This document shows, piece after piece, positions 61,101 through 64,000 of a stretch of 64,000 nt of DNA. Each line of letters opens with the position of its first letter. The stretch's first letter is position 1. Below the pieces are notes generated by a model. It was not told the DNA's origin. It made no database searches and worked only from the letters and a program-made list of their open reading frames with translations. The translations under genes and the position numbers were made by a program. Location: NCBI GenBank assembly GCA_963721805.1, contig CAVRJY010000004.1, forward strand, positions 160,001 through 224,000, read 5' to 3'. The DNA is from Nitrospirota bacterium (GTDB taxonomy: Bacteria > Nitrospirota > Thermodesulfovibrionia > Thermodesulfovibrionales > JdFR-86).

Positions 61101-64000
61101 GCCACCTGGCCGCCCTGACCGCCGCCTGCGCCGCTTCCGCCAAGACCGACCGCCACCGAACCGCTGGCCGTACCCGAACCGGCAAGTCCCGCGGAGACAT
61201 CAAAGCCGCCGTTGCCGCCGCCGCCGCCCACTGACTGGGCCAATATGCCTCCAGAGGAATTACCCGTCGTCGTAACGTCGCCACTCTTAAACGCGTAGAC
61301 CGCACCGCCGTTGCCGCCGCCTGCGCCGCTTCCGCCAAAACCAACGGCAAGCGAACCGCTGGCTTCACCCGCGCCGGAAAGTGCCGCGGAGACATTATAG
61401 CCGCCATTGCCGCCGCCGCCACCTATTGACTGCGCGACGAAACCGGTGGAATTGTCCCCCATCGTAACAATCGTACCGATCGAAGAAGCGTTGACGCCGC
61501 CGCCTGCGCCGCCGCCTGCGCCCTTGCCTCCCAAGCCGACGGATACCGCGGCGCTGCCGACTCCTGATCCATCAAGTCCGGCAGCTACATCGTAGCCGCC
61601 GTTGCCGCCGCCGCCACCGACAGATTGCACAAGAATGCCGCTGGAGTTCTGGCCGGTCGTCATAACATTAGATTGGAGGTCAGCCGTGACCGCTCCACCT
61701 GCTCCGCCACCGTCACCTTTGCCGCCAAGTCCAACGTCAACCGATCCTGCCGACCCTCCGCCAATGGCGCCCCCGGCCGCGATGGAGTAACCACCGTTGC
61801 CGCCGCCGCCGCCGACCGACTGCACCAGGATCCCCGTGGAACTGTCGCCCGATGTGCTGATGGTTCCCGCACGCGTAGCAGCCGTCACCTGGCCGCCCTG
61901 GCCGCCATTGCCGCCTTCTCCCCCGATAGACACCCCAATCGTGCCGGCGGCATCACCAGAGAGGGCAAGTTCAGCGGCTATCGATCCGCCGCCGTTGCCA
62001 CCGCCGCCGCCCACTGATTGAACCAGCAGGCCGGTGGACTGCTCCCCCTCTGTCATAATATTCCCCTGCATGCCCACCTGAACCGTTCCACCATCGCCGC
62101 CGCTGCCACCTTTGCCACCGAGGCCGACAGAGATGGAGCCGCTGAAAAACTCTGAACCGCTTCCGCTGGCTGAAACTGCCAGCCCGCCGTTGCCGCCGCC
62201 GCCGCCGACGCTCTCCGCCAGAAAACCAGTGGACCGGTCGCCAGTGGTCTCAATGTTTCCGTCAAATCCTGTGCTAGTTAAAATGCCCGAGCCATTGAAA
62301 GCGCCTACAGTGACATTGCCGCCCTTGCCACCGCTGCCGCCACTGCCGCCAACCGTCACAGAGAGCCCTGCCGCAACCGGCCCCGCAGCAACGGCCGCGG
62401 CTACCGCGTAGCCGCCGTTGCCACCGCCACCGCCCACGCTCTGCAGCATAACACCTGTCGCATCCTGCCCGGCCGTATCGATAATGCTGGATCCCGCGCC
62501 TTTCGTCATCGTGACCACTCCGCCGTCACCACCACTACCACCCTGTCCGCCCACCGCGATGGAAGCATCACCGCCGAAGCCTACCGACGCCGATATGGTG
62601 CCGCCACCGGCGCCACCACCGCCTCCCACGGACTGCGCGAAGAGACCGATCGAACGGTCGCCTGAGGTACTGATAAGCGAGGCGGGACCGGCAGCCTGAC
62701 CCTGTAAGGTCACGTTGACATCGCCTCCGGCGCCGCCGCCACCACCCTCCCCGCCCACCGCGACGCTCGCAAAGGCCCCCGCTGCAATCGCGGTGCCGCC
62801 ACTGCCGCCTCCGCCACCGATGGACTGCGCCAGGATGCCGGTCGCGTCTGAGCCTTGCGTCTCGATGACACCACCCTGAGTAATGCTGACCAATGCGCCA
62901 GTGCCGCCGCCAGCCCCGCTTCCGCCGATATCGATCATACCGCCCGAGGAGCCGCCGTCGCCGCCGCCACCGCCGATGCTCTGGGCCACTATGCCGCGTG
63001 CACCGTTGCCGTTGGTGAAGATGGATCCGTAATTTTCTACAATGACCGCCCCGCCATTGCCTGCAACAGCTCCGCTGCCGCCTATCGCGACCAGACCGCC
63101 GGCCTCGGAACCGCCGCCGCCGCTGCCCCCGATGCTCTGGGCAAGTATGCCGTCGGACGATACTCCATTGGTGAATATCACACCAGTACTGTTATTCGTG
63201 ACATGCACGGCGCTGGAAAAGCCGCCGCTGGAGCCGGACCCGCCAAGCGCAATAAGCCCTCCGCTGGTGCCGCCGATGCCGCCGCCGCCGCCGATGCTCT
63301 GTGCCACGATACCGTCAGCATGAGCTCCCATTGTGGTTATATGGCCATTGTTGGTTACGGTGACAATACCGCCATTACCGCCGTTGTCAGCGCTGCCCAC
63401 CAGGGCCAGCAGTAAATTGCCTGACGTGCCGGACGAGCCTCCCGAGCCCCCGATGCTTTGAGCCACAATGCCGTGCGCATAATCTCCGCTGGTGTAGATG
63501 ACACCGGTGGCTTCGTTGGTGACGCTGACTGTCCCTCCGCTGCCTCCATAACCGCCAGAGCCGCTTTCACCTACAAGACCCCAGGTGTCGCCACCGCTGC
63601 CGCCATTATTGCTCTCGCTCAGGGCATAAATACCATAGGCGCCGGCACCCGAGGTGGTAATGGTGCCATAGTTGTCCACCGTGACAGCGCCGCCGTCACT
63701 GGAATGTCCACCTGTACCCCCTCCCGGTGCGACATACCCGCTGCCGCCGTTGCCTGCCTGTCCGCCTATGCTGTAGGCATAGATGCCATACATGTTGTCA
63801 CCGGTAGTGGCGACCGTTATGTTGGGATTATTCGTATTCGTTACAGTAACAGTTCCTCCAGCACCGCCGTTGCCGCCAGCCGCGCCGGGCCAGAACGATA
63901 AATAGCTATTCCCGCCATTTCCTCCGGAGCCGCCGATGCTTCCGGCCTCGATGCCGATTTGGTCAATTGTCGAAATATTGGTATAGTTGGAGTAATTTAC
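52115..64000 (-). CDS. Giant Gly-rich autotransporter (type Va), 5' partial, >3960 aa
   Basis: Frame is open to the window edge; dozens of AQSIGGGGGNGG repeats; C-terminal beta-barrel ending LSITW. Confidence 0.92.
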   Translation of the reverse strand, partial: VNYSNYTNISTIDQIGIEAGSIGGSGGNGGNSYLSFWPGAAGGNGGAGGTVTVTNTNNPNITVATTGDNMYGIYAYSIGGQAGNGGSGYVAPGGGTGGHSSDGGAVTVDNYGTITTSGAGAYGIYALSESNNGGSGGDTWGLVGESGSGGYGGSGGTVSVTNEATGVIYTSGDYAHGIVAQSIGGSGGSSGTSGNLLLALVGSADNGGNGGIVTVTNNGHITTMGAHADGIVAQSIGGGGGIGGTSGGLIALGGSGSSGGFSSAVHVTNNSTGVIFTNGVSSDGILAQSIGGSGGGGSEAGGLVAIGGSGAVAGNGGAVIVENYGSIFTNGNGARGIVAQSIGGGGGDGGSSGGMIDIGGSGAGGGTGALVSITQGGVIETQGSDATGILAQSIGGGGGSGGTAIAAGAFASVAVGGEGGGGGAGGDVNVTLQGQAAGPASLISTSGDRSIGLFAQSVGGGGGAGGGTISASVGFGGDASIAVGGQGGSGGDGGVVTMTKGAGSSIIDTAGQDATGVMLQSVGGGGGNGGYAVAAAVAAGPVAAGLSVTVGGSGGSGGKGGNVTVGAFNGSGILTSTGFDGNIETTGDRSTGFLAESVGGGGGNGGLAVSASGSGSEFFSGSISVGLGGKGGSGGDGGTVQVGMQGNIMTEGEQSTGLLVQSVGGGGGNGGGSIAAELALSGDAAGTIGVSIGGEGGNGGQGGQVTAATRAGTISTSGDSSTGILVQSVGGGGGNGGYSIAAGGAIGGGSAGSVDVGLGGKGDGGGAGGAVTADLQSNVMTTGQNSSGILVQSVGGGGGNGGYDVAAGLDGSGVGSAAVSVGLGGKGAGGGAGGGVNASSIGTIVTMGDNSTGFVAQSIGGGGGNGGYNVSAALSGAGEASGSLAVGFGGSGAGGGNGGAVYAFKSGDVTTTGNSSGGILAQSVGGGGGNGGFDVSAGLAGSGTASGSVAVGLGGSGAGGGQGGQVAATTRAGTIRTSGDSSTGILVQSLGGGGGNGGYSIVAGIAISGDAGGAVNVGLGGSGGGGGNGGAATADLQSDVITSGQYSSGILVQSVGGGGGNGGFNVSAGLSAAGDASAAVTVGLGGSGAGGGAGGIVNAASTGTIVTVGDNSTGFVAQSIGGGGGNGGYNVSAGLSGSESASAAISVGLGGSGAGGGNGGIVNASSTGTINTFGDNSTGFVAQSIGGGGGNGGFNVSAGLSGAPSASGTVTVGLGGSGDGGGDGGAVHASTSDDVTTTGNSSGGILAQSLGGGGGNGGFDVSAGFSGAGAASVSMAVGLGGSGGGGGNGSTVNLTVNNNVTTNGTNASGIVAQSLGGGGGDGGMNVSAAISAAQKGSAALGFGLGGSAGTGGNADTVTSNVNGNIMTGYSNSVGLLAQSVGGGGGNGGINVSGDVSLSTKGSGAVGVGIGGFGGGGGAAGAVNSTFTGLVQTSGDYSAGILAQSLGGGGGNGGLNVTGALTASDMSGSLAVGIGGFGGNGGAGNSVASQVTGGVVTYGTHSDAIVAQSLGGGGGNGGLNVTGAFNLSKTGGGTLGVGLGGFGGDGGNAGNVSSTVTTSADNMIVTLGDHSSAVVAESIGGGGGNGGTDITGAVNLTGESGAAIGVGLGGFGGGGGNAGDVSLNVTGDVLTFGNDSNGLLAQSIGGGGGNGGTNVTGSLDISAGSGSGSKSVGASIGVGGFGGSGGTAGKVNVTFDGSIEANPTVPGGTGSHGIVAQSIGGGGGNGGIDVSSALSLTFNSSSNDAYGIMVGVGGFGGGGGNADTVDVTVTGGGFINAAGAGHSAILAQSAGGGGGNGGMNVSGGIVTDSPLIVGVGGFGANAGIGKAVTVTAAADLYDSGDSSKEQSSAGIMAQSLGGGGGNGGLNVSGGLAINKDSSVPSITVGIGGFGGAGAASGDVTVNDTGNIVTSGSWVHGIMAQSIAGGGGTGGMNVSGEVNWADSSNSGGKTDLSIVAGIGGNGGLGANAGNVSVTQNGTVMTTGDDARGVAAQSIGGGGGNGGMNVTGVFAKQSSPISLGIGGSGTGGGDGGSATISRGTSSLATGAVITNGVSAYAIEASSIGGGGGDAGMNFIAGVSLAGSDNTDAGFEAQIAIGGSGASGGNSGVANVTNFSDIVTYQDSSHGILAQSIGGGGGNANLNMAVTYEGKNKKNMGLNVAVGGGTGDGGNGAAVDVHQVGDIETFGSNSYGILAQSIGGGGGNTQTSMATSFNDGGKVGISLGREGGTGGSGSDVTLSSDGIVITHGDGSYGMLAQSLGNGGGNSSASSMSLGTPDGGEDSPPQSYSVSVGLQGGEGGSAGNVTLDAAGAVITNGVGAHAIFAQSVGGGGGNGGSASTLGYFTAPTAAVSLGGSGGFGGTGGIVNVTSSAYVHTSGNGSLGILAQSIGGGGGTGGEASSGGKVKDSTAFSATASVGGNGGSGMTSGDVTVDNTGIIITNGVSSYAILAQSIGGGGGISGVATENLYSFKSDTSGTTIAVAVGGSGGSGAVAGDVTVTNYGGIGTALANSVGIFAQSVGGGGGNASNVESVNQSVQGSSSGNSFSVAIGGTGGTGGAAGNVTVSNLTNSTAGSGTIITEGENAYGILAMSIGGGGGVGSTTKSNTKSIGTDTSTANSINLSLGGSGGDGGTGGNVVVTNDGSITTYGDKAHGIMAESIGGGGGIGGMSISGSMALGSTTSQAASGKTGVFSVGGIGGDGNSSGNVTVTNNGSIEVYGQKAYGIYAQSVGGGGGDGGMAMALSRDILANPQTALQSTLLNIGMGGFGGDGANSGNVVVNNTGSIISHGDDSYGIFAQSVGGGGGKMGYSITSPAWMAADLGISTLLGGGSKGTAGTVIINSTGTIQMLGNNSTAQLGQSINGGGGNVDLFLDFSQHAAQFAPDGSELPGTSETTMAKVTSLIKLGATAAENAIGSAISATQLGDLFTSGKQSLGSLMQSVGGGGGNTTSNVVVDSNANVNLELALGVTNSSNGSGGSVTQNRTGNVGTAGDQSTGSTVQSIGGGGGSLTVDVSRVPAPAEQATVPAPRISPSVNPTTATTAEQASVPVPRISPSVNPTTATTAEQASVPAPRISPSVNPTTVTTAEQATVPAPRIAPSVSPTTMTAAVLSTGPEPMIAPAVHSFTAMTPALATSTASLGAVNGTSSNGGNLNLTYAGDVSTTGAQAQGLMLQSIGGGGGSMTLTGLDSVQIAIGGTNGTSGNGGNITLSNIGNVTTYGPLSYGMVVQSIGGGGGAVFTDMDPSQIALTLNSGNSGNGGDIHIDQTGDVTVYGDRSIGVLVQSIGGGGGAVDNIFMGTAGGAGTGGAVFLNSVGNIIAPGADSIGIVAQSSGSNGGGDITVDISNASSLQQSIVYGGSGQGAGVSILGGADNQLNNDGIITTVQGIDGFAILGTTGSDHISNNGLVIGSVDLGTGANPFDNNANAIFDSGATVYLGQGNTLTNEGLLSPGAFQRVLRTRLNGNLVQTANAVYGVDLDLKNRITDRINATGTADVSGSVVINLIDPTTAPGYALPGTHNYILVSAAGGETHDGLTLQAQNTAVATYSLVYPGERDIDLNTVIDYSPAGLTENERSVGSAINRIQRAQTSPAFRPIATELFYIPNVETLRLVYDSLSGEGVSAVEQADFLSDKYFHTSIAHRVNYWVSGDPKDPSGYSLSGDKDLLYAQYIPNDSATDSASVPQQSPRNWRMWSSGYEGGSDYKGDSHVGAADTSQHGSGFNMGLDFQVSPSIIAGIAGGNSHFTFSVPDRDTSGSADAWHVGGYGALRYEHLYATADLAYDNFDNHESRQASIPGVSNNLNGEFNGYSVSGNFETGYKEQIKPFEITPFAGLQFASLNVDDFTETGAGGARELGLSYDSRTINSLQSHLGAQLKAKTDLPHGMALSGLVRADWAHEFDRDRSMKSSFISAPGFDFVIQGARPPADSLRSNVGINLALGKHLSLYGNFDYDYASAGYSYSGTGGLSITW
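54700..54962 (-). repeat. Four tandem 66-bp repeats encoding a Pro/Thr-rich 22-aa unit within the autotransporter
   Basis: AEQA(T/S)VPAPRISPSVNPTTATT; gattgacact recurs at 54781, 54847 and 54913. Confidence 0.9.

Overview
This is a 64 kb GC-rich bacterial chromosome segment. Its gene content (desulfoferrodoxin, CobA-HemD fusion, multiheme cytochromes, LptD) suggests an anaerobic diderm such as Nitrospirota or Desulfobacterota; that assignment is inference only. The housekeeping backbone (PMM/PGM, HU, acs, hisG, cobA-hemD, anmK, radC, mltD-like, lptD, folC, ispE, terC) is interrupted by accessory blocks. Main observations: (1) Six copies of a ~180-270 bp imperfect long-hairpin repeat form three inward-facing pairs. 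Each pair brackets accessory cargo: an MNT-HEPN TA pair; an AT-rich island; and an HD-STAND-TPR gene with small redox genes. One end of each pair carries an extra inner module. (2) A radical SAM/SPASM gene with an RRE-like N-terminus is translationally coupled to an unannotated 20-aa Cys-rich peptide, a candidate RiPP system. (3) A porin + pentaheme + 12-heme lipoprotein operon includes repeated CX5CH motifs. (4) Three stacked IS256 3' ends each provide a sigma70 promoter ahead of a secreted-protein gene. (5) A displaced tRNA-Leu(CAA) 3' fragment marks an island that carries a >3960-aa glycine-rich autotransporter. Several single-base frameshifts in conserved genes may be assembly errors. All calls were made by eye; no searches were run.
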